DNA of 64,000 nt from an uncultured Verrucomicrobiota bacterium (GTDB lineage: Bacteria; Verrucomicrobiota; Verrucomicrobiia; Palsa-1439). Below the pieces are notes generated by a model. The model made no database searches, had not been told where the DNA came from, and saw only the letters and a program-made list of their open reading frames with translations. The DNA lies in assembly GCA_903825435.1 (NCBI GenBank), contig CAIKAP010000043.1, forward strand, positions 282 to 64,281, read 5' to 3'. Position 1 is the first letter of the stretch; every line of letters starts with the position of its first letter. Both the position numbers and the translations under genes were made by a program. Below, one piece after another: positions 29,957-39,860 of the stretch.

Positions 29957-31222
29957 ATGGAAAAGTTGATCATCAGTGGGGGATCGCCGCTGAAAGGCAC
30001 AGTCCACATTGGCGGCTCGAAAAACTCTTGTCTACCGATTCTTGCTGCGACGCTGTTGACGCGGGAGAAGTGTGTCATTCGCAATGTTCCCGATCTCGCC
30101 GACGTACGGACGATGTGCGATCTTTTGAAGTGGCTCAGCGCGCGTGTGAAACACGACCGAGCCAACGGCGTCATCGAGGTGCAAGCTGAAAGTCCACTCG
30201 GCGTCGCGCCGTACGAACTCGTGCGCAAGATGCGGGCGTCGGTCTGCCTGCTTGGCCCATTGCTCGCACGACTGCGCAACTGCAAAGTCTCACTCCCTGG
30301 TGGTTGTGTCATCGGCAATCGTCCCATCGACCAGCACGTTAAGGGGCTGAGCCGTCTCGGCGCAGAGATGACGATTGAGAACGGTTATGTCCACGCTCGC
30401 TGCAATGAACTGGTCGGTACCGATGTGTTCATGGGCGGACGGTTCGGCTCCACCGTTACCGGTACGGCTAATATTCTGATGGCGGCTGTGCTTGCGAAAG
30501 GGACGACGGTGATTGATTGTGCTGCATGCGAGCCTGAGATCGCCGATCTGGCGCATTTCCTGATCAAGATGGGCGCAAAGATCACGGGCGCGGGTGGTCC
30601 TACGATTGAGGTGGAAGGCGTTGCGGAACTGCACGGCGCCGATCACGCGGTTATTCCCGACCGAATCGAGGCGGGCACGTTCATGGTAGCCGCCGCCATT
30701 ACCGGTGGCGATGTGGAGATCAAGGGGGCATGCGCAGCACACCTGAGTGCCGTGCGCGACAAGTTGGAGGAAGCGGGCGTTAACGTCACCCGCACCAATG
30801 GCACAATTCGTGTTTCTGGCGGTGCGAGTCACAGGGCGCTGGAAATCACCACAATGCCGTATCCCGGTTTCCCAACGGATATGCAGGCGCAGATGTGTAC
30901 ATTGATGAGTATCACGCCCGGCATCAGCGTCGTCACCGAAAAAATCTATCCGAACCGTTTCATGCATCTCAGCGAGATGGCGCGTCTTGGCGCTGACGTG
31001 GCGTTGGAGAGTAACACCGCCATCATTAAAGGCGTCAACTACCTCAGCGGCGCACCCGTGATGGCGAGTGATCTGCGGGCTAGTGCCGCATTGGTTCTGG
31101 CGGGCTTGGTAGCCGATGGCGAGACAGAAGTCAACCGCATCTACCACGTGGATCGAGGCTACGAGAAACTCGACCAGAAACTTCGCCACCTTGGCGCCCA
31201 TATCGAGCGCGCGGACGAGTAG
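29957..31222 (+). CDS. murA: UDP-N-acetylglucosamine 1-carboxyvinyltransferase
   Basis: Full-length MurA homology including the catalytic Cys region (…NRPIDQH…). Confidence 0.95.
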   Translation: MEKLIISGGSPLKGTVHIGGSKNSCLPILAATLLTREKCVIRNVPDLADVRTMCDLLKWLSARVKHDRANGVIEVQAESPLGVAPYELVRKMRASVCLLGPLLARLRNCKVSLPGGCVIGNRPIDQHVKGLSRLGAEMTIENGYVHARCNELVGTDVFMGGRFGSTVTGTANILMAAVLAKGTTVIDCAACEPEIADLAHFLIKMGAKITGAGGPTIEVEGVAELHGADHAVIPDRIEAGTFMVAAAITGGDVEIKGACAAHLSAVRDKLEEAGVNVTRTNGTIRVSGGASHRALEITTMPYPGFPTDMQAQMCTLMSITPGISVVTEKIYPNRFMHLSEMARLGADVALESNTAIIKGVNYLSGAPVMASDLRASAALVLAGLVADGETEVNRIYHVDRGYEKLDQKLRHLGAHIERADE

Positions 31223-31292
31223 TTTGCGAACAGTTTCAGCTTGAAGCAGGGATGGGGTAGGAGCAAGATAAGCGCAGGAAACGAGGACAGTT

Positions 31293-31667
31293 ATGCCCAG
31301 CCTGATTCTTAAAAAAGCGGATGGTTCCGTGTTGCGACAGTGGGATGTGCCTGGTGGACCCATTTCGATCGGACGTGGCGAGCAAGCCGACATCCAGATT
31401 GACGACACCGAGATGTCGCGTGTGCATTTCGTCATTGCCCCGAGAGGTGGAGGCTTTGTAATCCAGGACCAGAAGAGCACGAATGGCACTTCCGTCAACG
31501 GCCAGCAGGTCACCGAGGCGGCGCTGAAGGCGAATGACAGGATCCGTGCTGGACAGTCGTACTTCTCGTTTGTGGAAGGTCTGGGTACTGTCATTCGCAA
31601 GCTCGAAGTTGAAGATCGCCGGTACAGCACCTACGTGCAGAAGCTCTCCGAAAAGGGTAAACCCTGA
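31293..31667 (+). CDS. FHA domain protein
   Basis: FHA core (ISIGRGEQADIQIDDTEMSRVHFVI…GFVIQDQKSTNGTSVNG). Confidence 0.75.
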   Translation: MPSLILKKADGSVLRQWDVPGGPISIGRGEQADIQIDDTEMSRVHFVIAPRGGGFVIQDQKSTNGTSVNGQQVTEAALKANDRIRAGQSYFSFVEGLGTVIRKLEVEDRRYSTYVQKLSEKGKP

Positions 31668-31724
31668 CCGGGTATTGCCTTGCAGAACCCGTTGGTGGGC
31701 TGATATTGCAGCGGGTACGGAACC

Positions 31725-33056
31725 ATGTTTGAATCCCTTTCACAAAAACTACAATCTGTCCTGAAAAACCTGCGCGGCTACGGCAAGTTGACGGAGAAAA
31801 ACGTTAGCGACGCCCTGCGCGAGGTCCGTCTGGCGTTGTTGGAGGCCGATGTCAATTACAAGGTTGCCAAGGACTTCATAGAGCGTGCCAAACAGAAAGC
31901 GCTCGGACAGGAAGTCCTCACCAGTGTCACGCCCGGCCAGCAGATCGTGAAAATCATCCACGACGAACTGGTGACGTTGATGGGGGGTGCAGGCGAAGAC
32001 CCATTCATGCCGAAGCTGGCAGCTGGACACTGGATGATGGTCGGCCTGCACGGCTGTGGCAAGACTACTACCTGTGGCAAACTCGCTCGTTTGATGGCCA
32101 AGCAGGGCCGCAAACCGATGTTGGTCGCTTGCGACGTCTATCGGCCCGCCGCGATGGACCAGTTGGAGACCCTCGGCAAACAACTCCAGATTCCCGTCTT
32201 CCTCATGCGCGGCGAGAAGGACGTGACGAAGATTTGCCGGCGGGCGCTTTCGGCGGCGCAGGCGCAAGGGTGCGACACGTTGGTGTTCGATACGGCTGGG
32301 CGACTGCACATTGACGAGAAACTGGTCCAGGAACTCGTCCGGATGCGGGATCTATTGAAGCCGCAGGAAATTTTGTTGGTGGCGGACTCGGCGACCGGCC
32401 AGGAAGCTGTCAACATTGCCGAGCATTTCGACAAGGCGCTGAATATTACCGGCGTCGTGCTGACAAAGCTCGACGGCGACGCCCGCGGCGGCGCGGCGCT
32501 CTCGATTCGCGCGGTGACGGGCAAGCCCATCCGGTTTGCCGGCGTTGGCGAGAAACTGGACGACTTGGAAGCGTTCCACGCCGAACGGATGGCGGGACGG
32601 ATTCTTGGCATGGGCGACGTGGTGGGGCTGGTGGAGAAGGCCCAGGAGGCGTTTGACACGACGAAAGCGGAGGAGTTTCAGAAGAAGATCGAGGAGCAAA
32701 ACCTGAATTTGGAGGATTTTCTCTCCCAGCTCCAGCAGTTGAAAAAGATGGGGCCGCTGGAAAATCTGCTTGGCATGTTGCCGGGGATGGGTAATATGCA
32801 AGACGTTGCAGTGGACGACGGCCAACTGAAGCGGGTCGAGGCCATCGTGCAGTCCATGACCCGCCAGGAACGCCGGCAGCCGGAAATCCTGAATGCGAGC
32901 CGCCGGACGCGGATCGCCCGCGGCAGCGGCTCGACCGTGGCCGAGGTGAACGATTTGTTGAAGCAGTTTAACGCAATGAAGAAAATGATGAAAGAAATGG
33001 GCAAGATGCAGAAGGCCATGTCCCGCAAGGGTGGTCTGCCGCGCCTGGCCCGCTAG
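31725..33056 (+). CDS. ffh: Signal recognition particle protein
   Basis: N, G (GLHGCGKTTTCGKLA, DTAGR) and M domains. Confidence 0.95.
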   Translation: MFESLSQKLQSVLKNLRGYGKLTEKNVSDALREVRLALLEADVNYKVAKDFIERAKQKALGQEVLTSVTPGQQIVKIIHDELVTLMGGAGEDPFMPKLAAGHWMMVGLHGCGKTTTCGKLARLMAKQGRKPMLVACDVYRPAAMDQLETLGKQLQIPVFLMRGEKDVTKICRRALSAAQAQGCDTLVFDTAGRLHIDEKLVQELVRMRDLLKPQEILLVADSATGQEAVNIAEHFDKALNITGVVLTKLDGDARGGAALSIRAVTGKPIRFAGVGEKLDDLEAFHAERMAGRILGMGDVVGLVEKAQEAFDTTKAEEFQKKIEEQNLNLEDFLSQLQQLKKMGPLENLLGMLPGMGNMQDVAVDDGQLKRVEAIVQSMTRQERRQPEILNASRRTRIARGSGSTVAEVNDLLKQFNAMKKMMKEMGKMQKAMSRKGGLPRLAR

Positions 33057-33068
33057 TTGGAGGTACCA

Positions 33069-33335
33069 GTGGCAGTTCGAATCAGATTAAAGCGGATCGG
33101 AACAAAAAATGTGCCGAGTTATCGAATCGTGGTGGCCGACGGGCGCAGCCCGCGCGACGGCCGCTTCATCGAGGAGATCGGCACCTACAACCCACAGAAG
33201 GCCGATCCGAATTTCACGGTGAAGGTGGATCGCGCGCAGTATTGGATCACCAAGGGCGCGCAACCGAGCGACACCGTGCGCAGCATGTTGAAGAAGGCAG
33301 CCAAAGCGCAACAGCAGCCAATCAAGACGGCTTGA
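33069..33335 (+). CDS. rpsP: 30S ribosomal protein S16
   Basis: [13 protein letters not shown]… is the canonical S16 N-terminus; GTG start with GGAGG RBS; the ORF table starts it 4 codons earlier at a TTG. Confidence 0.85.
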   Translation: MAVRIRLKRIGTKNVPSYRIVVADGRSPRDGRFIEEIGTYNPQKADPNFTVKVDRAQYWITKGAQPSDTVRSMLKKAAKAQQQPIKTA

Positions 33336-33375
33336 CGTCCGCAGGGCGGACGTGCGCCGTCGGGAGGGAAGCACG

Positions 33376-33660
33376 ATGAAAGCGTTTGTCGAATACGTGG
33401 TCAAGGCATTGGTGGATCACCCCGACCAGGTGGACGTGCGCGAAGTGGACGGAGAACGCGTCGTCGTCTTCGAATTGCGGCTTAACCCTACCGACATTGG
33501 CAAGGTCATCGGCAAGAGCGGGCGCACAATCAGCGCGATCCGCACGCTGTTGATCAGCACCGCCGCCAAGAACGGCAAGCGCGCCATGCTCGAGATTATC
33601 GAGCCGGAAGGCCGGCAGCGCCCGCCCGTCGGGGGTGCCGGTGAAGCCGCCGCTCAATGA
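33376..33660 (+). CDS. KH-domain RNA-binding protein (YlqC/UPF0109 family)
   Basis: [20 protein letters not shown] motif; conserved position after rpsP. Confidence 0.8.
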   Translation: MKAFVEYVVKALVDHPDQVDVREVDGERVVVFELRLNPTDIGKVIGKSGRTISAIRTLLISTAAKNGKRAMLEIIEPEGRQRPPVGGAGEAAAQ

Positions 33661-33679
33661 CGCACAGCGGCCGGGACGG

Positions 33680-34348
33680 ATGGAGATTGATGTATTGACG
33701 TTGTTCCCTCGGATATTCGAGGGACCGCTCGAAGAGAGCATACTGAAACGCGCTCAGGAAAGCGGGCGCGCTCAGATTCGGGTGCACAACTTGCGGGATT
33801 ACACCCATGACAAGCATCGAGTCGTGGACGACCGGCCCTACGGGGGCGGTCCCGGCATGTTGATGAAACCGGAACCGATCTTTGAAGCAGTGGAAAAGTT
33901 GCAGCGCCCCGACTCGTGCGTGGTGCTCATGACGCCGCAAGGCACGCCGTTCACACAAGCGTGCGCCCAGGAGTTCGCACAGAAGCCGCACTTGATCATC
34001 ATCTGCGGCCACTACGAAGGCGTGGATGAGCGCGTCCGAGAGGCACTCGTGCACGAAGAGATCAGCATCGGTGATTACGTGCTGACCAACGGCGCGCTCG
34101 CCGCTGCCGTCGTCGTGGACGCCGTCGTGCGGTTGCTGCCCGGTGTGCTTGGACACGAAGACAGCGCCGCGGACGATTCGTTTGCGAGCGGATTGATCGA
34201 AGGGCCGCAGTACACGCGTCCGCCGGAGTTTCGCGGGATGGGCGTGCCGGAAGTGTTGTTGAGCGGCGACCATGGTGCCGTGGCCAAGTGGCGGGCGGAA
34301 CAATCATGGAGCAGGACGAAGCAGCGAAGACCAGATTTGTTGAAATGA
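33680..34348 (+). CDS. trmD: tRNA (guanine37-N1)-methyltransferase
   Basis: SPOUT fold motifs (…[13 protein letters not shown]…GDYVLTNG…). Confidence 0.9.
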   Translation: MEIDVLTLFPRIFEGPLEESILKRAQESGRAQIRVHNLRDYTHDKHRVVDDRPYGGGPGMLMKPEPIFEAVEKLQRPDSCVVLMTPQGTPFTQACAQEFAQKPHLIIICGHYEGVDERVREALVHEEISIGDYVLTNGALAAAVVVDAVVRLLPGVLGHEDSAADDSFASGLIEGPQYTRPPEFRGMGVPEVLLSGDHGAVAKWRAEQSWSRTKQRRPDLLK

Positions 34349-34365
34349 TGAAGGAGAAGAAGAAG

Positions 34366-34707
34366 ATGAACGTAATTGAAAAGATACAGCAGGAACAACT
34401 CAGGACCGACCTCGTGCCGTTCAAGGTGGGCGACACCATCAAGGTGCACACCCGCATCAAGGAAGGCGACCGGGAACGCATTCAGGCCTTCTCCGGCATC
34501 GTGATCAACCGCCAAGGCAGCGGCATTGCCGCCAGCTTCACCGTGCGCCGCATCAGCTATGGCGAAGGCGTCGAACGTGTTTTCCCTCTTCACTCGCCCT
34601 TCATCCAGAAGATCGAGGTCGAGCGTGCCGGCAAGGTGCGTCGCTCCAAGCTCTACTACCTGCGCGACCGCGTCGGCAAGACCGCGACCAAGGTCGAAGA
34701 CGCCTAA
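34366..34707 (+). CDS. rplS: 50S ribosomal protein L19
   Basis: L19 core (…[16 protein letters not shown]…[10 protein letters not shown]…[18 protein letters not shown]…). Confidence 0.9.
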   Translation: MNVIEKIQQEQLRTDLVPFKVGDTIKVHTRIKEGDRERIQAFSGIVINRQGSGIAASFTVRRISYGEGVERVFPLHSPFIQKIEVERAGKVRRSKLYYLRDRVGKTATKVEDA

Positions 34708-36167
34708 CGCGAGCTGCTCGTGATGGGCTGGAACGTGATCGATCGCAGATTGATCAGATACGTACTACGGCTTACACCAGGGTCAGGTTTCAATGCAATG
34801 GTCACTTGACCGTCTGGCAATCGCATCCGACCGATTATAACCTTCCGAAATGTATACCACCCATCCGTAGCCCTGAGTGTAAACTTTTTACTGTCGTCGC
34901 CGCAGGCTAGCACGACCACAGCACCACCCGACTTCAGATCTAACGCGTAGTCCAGTTCCACATCATACTCCCCTGCCCCGTTGACCGTGGTCGTCCACGA
35001 GGCGGAATCGCCGCGCGTGGACCAGTAGCCGATGTTCGGTATGCCGGTGAAAAACTCGATCTTGATTGACACCCCCTTCAAAATCGCTTCCTCAGGACCC
35101 AGTTTGAAGCCTTTCCGCTGGTCCGCCACCTGCAATATTAACGGCGGTGGCGGCGCGGGAAAAATCTTCGGTTTCTTGTTCTTCTTCCAAAACAAGTACC
35201 CAACCGGCAATAGCGCCGCAAACACCAGTATCACCACAACAATCAATACCGCCTTTTCCTCCGAATGAACTGGCTCGGGTTCCGTTACCTTCTTCGTTTG
35301 CGCAGGTACGCGCGTGACTATCCATGCCCCCGACAACGCGTAACGGACGATCTTGACGTTGGATCGCTTTCCTGACGAGGGTCGCATCTGCGCGGTCTTC
35401 TCGACCTTGATGGCTTGGTCGAAGGTGAGTCGAACGCGGCCCATACCGCGGTTGCGTAAGAACCACGGTGTTCCCAATTCAGAGTGTCGTTTCAGTTCGT
35501 GCAACAACGCGGCGCAATCAAACGACACCTGAAGCAACTCGACCCGGCCCGTGGCATCATCGAAAATGCCGTAACTGGCCTTCTCTGTGCCATCGCGCGG
35601 ATCGCCGACGGAACCGACGTTGATGATGTAGCGCGAACCGGGGGCGATGATTAGATCACGCCGATCATCCTGCGCAATCTGGCCGTCCGGGGCCAACACA
35701 AACATCCCCGCCCGGTGCGTGTGTCCGAGGAACGTGACCGGCTGGTTCGCCGCCTCGAAACAAACCCGCGCATCGTCTGCCTGTTCCACGTACCCGTACG
35801 CGTCCGGCGCAACCGTCTCGGCATGGACGAACATGATCTGGTCGCTCTCAATCTCCAGCGGCCACTCCCGCAACAGCTTCTTCCCCTCCTCGTTCACCTG
35901 CGTCATCGTCCACTCCGCCGCCTTGCGCGCCGCGTCGTTGAAAATGTCGAGGTCGAGCCAGCCGGCGACCGCCGAGTCGTGGTTGCCGAGTACGAGATTG
36001 GAGCAATACTTCCGAAGATCGGCCAACACCTGCGCTGGGTTCGGCCCGTAACCGATCGTGTCGCCGAGGCAGATGACCGCGTTGACCTCCCGTTTCAGGA
36101 AGTCGTCGCGCACCGCGCTCCACGCCTGCCAGTTCGCGTGAATATCAGAAACAATCGCGTATCGCAT
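34704..36167 (-). CDS. Fusion protein: N-terminal calcineurin-like metallophosphoesterase (PPP/ApaH-like), single TM helix, C-terminal extracytoplasmic beta-rich domain
   Basis: MPP motifs [21 protein letters not shown]; TM helix [21 protein letters not shown]; approx 190 aa C-terminal domain of unknown family. Confidence 0.7.
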   Translation of the reverse strand: MRYAIVSDIHANWQAWSAVRDDFLKREVNAVICLGDTIGYGPNPAQVLADLRKYCSNLVLGNHDSAVAGWLDLDIFNDAARKAAEWTMTQVNEEGKKLLREWPLEIESDQIMFVHAETVAPDAYGYVEQADDARVCFEAANQPVTFLGHTHRAGMFVLAPDGQIAQDDRRDLIIAPGSRYIINVGSVGDPRDGTEKASYGIFDDATGRVELLQVSFDCAALLHELKRHSELGTPWFLRNRGMGRVRLTFDQAIKVEKTAQMRPSSGKRSNVKIVRYALSGAWIVTRVPAQTKKVTEPEPVHSEEKAVLIVVVILVFAALLPVGYLFWKKNKKPKIFPAPPPPLILQVADQRKGFKLGPEEAILKGVSIKIEFFTGIPNIGYWSTRGDSASWTTTVNGAGEYDVELDYALDLKSGGAVVVLACGDDSKKFTLRATDGWYTFRKVIIGRMRLPDGQVTIALKPDPGVSRSTYLINLRSITFQPITSSSR

Positions 36168-36344
36168 GACTCTGCGCGATTATCCACAGATTCGCTGTCG
36201 GTGCAACCGGAACATTTCCTCCGTCGGCGACGGCAAAGAATTCAAATTTGTGGATCGGGCGGATAGAACCGGGCGATGACCACCGTGACAATCCCGCTGA
36301 AACAGGCGAGGGCGACGGCGAGAACAGGCGTACACCCGTGATAA

Positions 36345-36812
36345 TCAACTATTTTCACGGCATAGAGGTGTCGGCGGTGTTCCTCCCGACAATTGGATCA
36401 GTGTTATCGACCGGCTGTTTGAGTCATACCGGATTTGGTAGGTAGGGTGACTGTTAGGTTCAAAGAATACTTCTGATTCAATGAGTGTTTCCTGAGGGTT
36501 GACATGAACCAGTCGTGCCTTCCCTTTGCCCTCAAGAACTTTCCCATCCGATTCTTGCTTTATTGTTATGGCATCTTTATCGACGACAATCGTGTTGTCG
36601 ATTGCTGGCACATCAATGGTATTGCCGTTAATGCGAATCGCATTCCCATCTTTGTCCCGCATTGAGTAGGATGAAGTTTGTCCTGAAAACGTTCCGATAC
36701 ACATCTCAGGAATTGGTTCTTGTTTGACAGACATATTCTTACCCCCAGTTGGTTGCGATTCTCCACACCCAGAAAGCAACAGCGTGAGGACAAATGTTCC
36801 GACCGAAATCAT
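36345..36812 (-). CDS. Hypothetical lipoprotein
   Basis: Lipobox LLLSGC after a signal peptide; inside the low-GC islet. Confidence 0.5.
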   Translation of the reverse strand: MISVGTFVLTLLLSGCGESQPTGGKNMSVKQEPIPEMCIGTFSGQTSSYSMRDKDGNAIRINGNTIDVPAIDNTIVVDKDAITIKQESDGKVLEGKGKARLVHVNPQETLIESEVFFEPNSHPTYQIRYDSNSRSITLIQLSGGTPPTPLCRENS

Positions 36813-36900
36813 TCCACACCAGTTCAGTTTCAATTGGATGTAGTTGTTTTGTCCCGCGCACATGTTGCTTCCTAGTCGCTTCTACACGGGCGTCACACCT

Positions 36901-37332
36901 TCATTGGATTGATACTGGGTGAACATTAAACTTCCATTCGCTTCCGTCTTTAAAAAGTGTTCCGGCCCAAATTGATTCAGACCTGTACGAAACAGATGGA
37001 GTAAAAAATACGCGGAATGTAATTTTGTCGCCATTTCGACTCCCGAAACTAATGTCAGCTTTGCCTCTACAACCGGCTGAAACAGGTGAACCGCCTGCCA
37101 TTTGTCTTTCAACTTCCCTACAAATTTGATCTCCATATTCACGCGGGTCGCCTTTTTTGCTTTCTGACGACGAGCTTGTAGAATCTGACCCTCCACATCC
37201 GAGTGTGCTGAATAGAAAAAAGACGCCAAGGCAACCCAATACACCAAGCCAATTTCTTACTTTGTTTAGAATAGTCGCAGTCCTATTTGGTTTCGTTGTG
37301 GATGTTGCCGTTGCATTTTGTTCTGTGCTCAT
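36901..37332 (-). CDS. Hypothetical lipoprotein
   Basis: Signal peptide + lipobox STLGCGG; low-GC islet. Confidence 0.5.
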   Translation of the reverse strand: MSTEQNATATSTTKPNRTATILNKVRNWLGVLGCLGVFFLFSTLGCGGSDSTSSSSESKKGDPREYGDQICREVERQMAGGSPVSAGCRGKADISFGSRNGDKITFRVFFTPSVSYRSESIWAGTLFKDGSEWKFNVHPVSIQ

Positions 37333-37390
37333 ATGTTTCTCCGTAGTGTTGGTTGTTTGTTCAGTTGTTCGCGGACTCTTGGTGCTGCTA

Positions 37391-37711
37391 TTATTGTAAC
37401 CGATGGATTAAATCAAGCAGGCCAGCGGAGTCATCCATGGGACGCGCAAACGCCCAGTAAAACATCCAGATAGCGTCACCAAAAGAAACAAAAATTAGTT
37501 TCTTGCCACCAGACTCGCGCTTGGCTATCGCCACCAACCCGACGTAGATGCACGCCAATCCCATAAGAAACTCAAGCATATGGTTTGCCGTCAATATGAA
37601 GATCACCCACGCCAAACCATTGACGCCCCAGCCCACCCATAGCGGGACTGGCGCAGTTATCTTTGTCAACCAACTCGGATTTGCCGTTTGTTGTTCTGTC
37701 TGATTGGTCAT
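37391..37711 (-). CDS. Small hypothetical membrane protein (2-3 TM)
   Basis: Hydrophobic segments; low-GC islet. Confidence 0.4.
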   Translation of the reverse strand: MTNQTEQQTANPSWLTKITAPVPLWVGWGVNGLAWVIFILTANHMLEFLMGLACIYVGLVAIAKRESGGKKLIFVSFGDAIWMFYWAFARPMDDSAGLLDLIHRLQ

Positions 37712-37844
37712 AGTTTCCTTTCGATGCTTTCGTTGTTATGTGTTCTGTTGTTCATCCTACTCGTATGGCTTTTCGGATTCGCCCCGTTTGCTGCAGTTTC
37801 TGGACTCTGCTTCCTGTTAAACTCCGTCTTGGGCACCTTCACGT

Positions 37845-38717
37845 TTATAGTTTTTGGAGCACTTGCGCCGAGATAAGCTGAATGGGTTTCGCCATTTTTC
37901 CGCCCACCCTTTTTCTGACCAATTCCAACGCTCTCGTAAGAAAGTAATTGCTTGGAAGAATAATCACCTGTAGTTCCATTCCCAATTCCGCGCGAAACCA
38001 CCACTCAGGATTTCCAGACTTTGTGTCCTTATGCCAATGAATGGAATCATTTTCGTTTACGGGCAATCTCCATTCGCGCTCTGATAGAAACCGAATGGAA
38101 TTATAGTCAGGAAAATTATCGTTGGGCAGAATGTCGAGTTTGCACGGCGGCGCAAATACCGGCTTGATTTTACCAGTACCGATCTTTGACTTGCCCGTTT
38201 CAAGTCGTGGCAATCTTGTGCATTTGATAAACCGCGCCAACAATTCCAAATGCTGTTTAGCGAGTTCACCTTTCTTATCATATAAACCAGCAGCGTTCTT
38301 TCGCAGGAAGGTAACCGCAGAAACAACCGGATCATTCCTTCCGCCTGTATAAATTAATGGCCTCCCTCCGAGTCTAAAAATGAATCTCTTGGCAAAACCG
38401 AATCCGAGTCTACCGTAAAGGCGCCAGTGTCTTTCGCTTGTCCCCGCAGCCTGCTCGGTAAAAAAGAGACAAGGTTTAGGATCGGTGCTCGGCTCAGCCC
38501 CCCCGACCTTATCGAATTCTGAATACGAGGCGACACGAAGCCCACGCTTGGGATTAAGTGCATCATCCAAGTAATCAAAATAGGTGTCACCCTGTTTTTT
38601 TGTAAGTTTGGGCTCAACACTTAATGGCTTGCGATGAGGCGCAGGTTTGTTCGCATCATCTGGATATTCGATGTCATATCCCACCCACCGAAACAACATG
38701 GAATCATTTATGTTCAT
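37845..38717 (-). CDS. Hypothetical 290 aa protein, no confidently recognised family (possible abortive-infection/defense-type protein)
   Basis: Long uninterrupted ORF in an AT-richer (about 47% GC) segment; first gene of the four-gene islet operon. Confidence 0.5.
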   Translation of the reverse strand: MNINDSMLFRWVGYDIEYPDDANKPAPHRKPLSVEPKLTKKQGDTYFDYLDDALNPKRGLRVASYSEFDKVGGAEPSTDPKPCLFFTEQAAGTSERHWRLYGRLGFGFAKRFIFRLGGRPLIYTGGRNDPVVSAVTFLRKNAAGLYDKKGELAKQHLELLARFIKCTRLPRLETGKSKIGTGKIKPVFAPPCKLDILPNDNFPDYNSIRFLSEREWRLPVNENDSIHWHKDTKSGNPEWWFRAELGMELQVIILPSNYFLTRALELVRKRVGGKMAKPIQLISAQVLQKL

Positions 38718-38821
38718 GTTTTCTGCGTCTTAATTTTTGCCGTGTTCTACATGTTCATGTGGCTGACGGGGTCGCTCCAATCGCTATAGCCGGCTTGCCA
38801 GCCTCTGGCGGGTCGAGCCGC

Positions 38822-39451
38822 CTACGGCGCAACCTTCGTTGCCGGGTCGCTCCACGGGCCTTGACCGGCAGCGCCAATCGCCGCCACCCGGAACCAATAC
38901 TTCTGGCCGGTCGTCAGGCCAGTCACCGATTGTTTGGACTTCGTCGCCACGCCGGCCGATTTCCAGCCGGTCGCGGCGGCGGCATCGGTCGTCTGTTCCA
39001 CCACGTAGCTGCTCGCCCCTTTGACCCGGTTCCATTGGACATCTATCTCGCCGTCCCGGTCGCCCGTCGTCGCGCTGAGGTCGGTCGGAGCCGGTAACTG
39101 GCCAATCGGCGCAGCACCGGAACGCACATCCATCCCGGCACTGCGAATCTTGTTTTCATCGCCGTCGGCGATGGTATCAACGTATGCGCCGAGCTTAGCC
39201 AGCAGGTCATCCAACGCCGCCTCGCTGGCGGCAACGACACTGGTTTGCCCTTCCGCCTGCTGGCGGAGATTGGCCAACGTGTTGTTGTCCGTCTCCAGCT
39301 TGGTGGCCGCGGTGCCCACCGAGCTGAGCGTCGGCGCCGGCGCCACGAACGCCGGGTTCCCCAACATTGCCTTGATATACGCCCGTGTGGAGGCGATCTT
39401 CTGGGCGACGGATTCATCTTTCAGACCGAGTTTGACTTTAGCTTTAGCCAT
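38822..39451 (-). CDS. Fibronectin type III domain protein
   Basis: Start MAKAKVKL with an AAAGGAG RBS; C-terminal FN3-like region (…YVVEQTTDAAAATGWKSAGVATKSKQSVTGLTTGQKYWFRVAAIGAAG…). The same frame stays open upstream through the 21-bp repeats. Confidence 0.6.
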   Translation of the reverse strand: MAKAKVKLGLKDESVAQKIASTRAYIKAMLGNPAFVAPAPTLSSVGTAATKLETDNNTLANLRQQAEGQTSVVAASEAALDDLLAKLGAYVDTIADGDENKIRSAGMDVRSGAAPIGQLPAPTDLSATTGDRDGEIDVQWNRVKGASSYVVEQTTDAAAATGWKSAGVATKSKQSVTGLTTGQKYWFRVAAIGAAGQGPWSDPATKVAP

Positions 39452-39514
39452 GACTGGCTCCTTTCTGGTGTAACTGGTTGATGGTTTGGTTGTTATCTCT
39501 TGCAAAACGGTTCC

Positions 39515-39745
39515 GAAAGCGACTCGGATCGGCGTAAACCGACCTCGGATTATCGTAAACCGAGGGCGGATTGCCGTAAACCGAGGGCGGATTGCCGTCA
39601 TCCGAGCCGGGTTGGCGGTAATCCCGGCAAGGATGGGCGTCAACCGAGGACGGTTCGAGGCAATCCGTGCCGGGATGGTGACCAACCGAGGACGGATTAC
39701 GGTCAACCGAGCCGGGACGGCGGCAATCCCGGCAAGGATGGCAGG
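39515..39745. repeat. Degenerate 21-bp tandem repeat array, approx 10-11 units (consensus approx CGTAAACCGAGGGCGGATTGC)
   Basis: Head-to-tail 21-nt units; several six-frame ORFs read through it as heptad peptide repeats (NRGRIAV / IRPRFTA). Confidence 0.7.
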
Positions 39746-39804
39746 GGGATGAGGAAGATTCGGCTTGAAAAACCGGAAGGTATTCTACCGTGGCACAATC
39801 ATTG

Positions 39805-39860
39805 CGGAACGGCGGAACGGCGGAACGGCGGAACGGCGGAACGGCGGAACGGCGGAACGG
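39805..39860. repeat. Octanucleotide microsatellite (CGGAACGG)x7
   Basis: Seven perfect tandem copies immediately after the 21-bp array. Confidence 0.85.

Noticed and set aside
31668-31724. SRP (4.5S) RNA expected near ffh
   Set aside because: The short ffh leader does not contain the conserved domain-IV GGAA tetraloop helix motif, and nothing 4.5S-like was seen elsewhere in the window.
33057-33068. rpsP start at the TTG (33057) given by the ORF table
   Set aside because: The canonical S16 N-terminus (M/V-AVRIRL) and a GGAGG RBS fit the GTG at 33069 better.
39515-39860. Possible CRISPR array, because of regularly spaced short repeats
   Set aside because: The units are directly adjacent head-to-tail (21-bp and 8-bp) with no unique spacers and no cas genes nearby, so this is a tandem repeat or microsatellite, not CRISPR.
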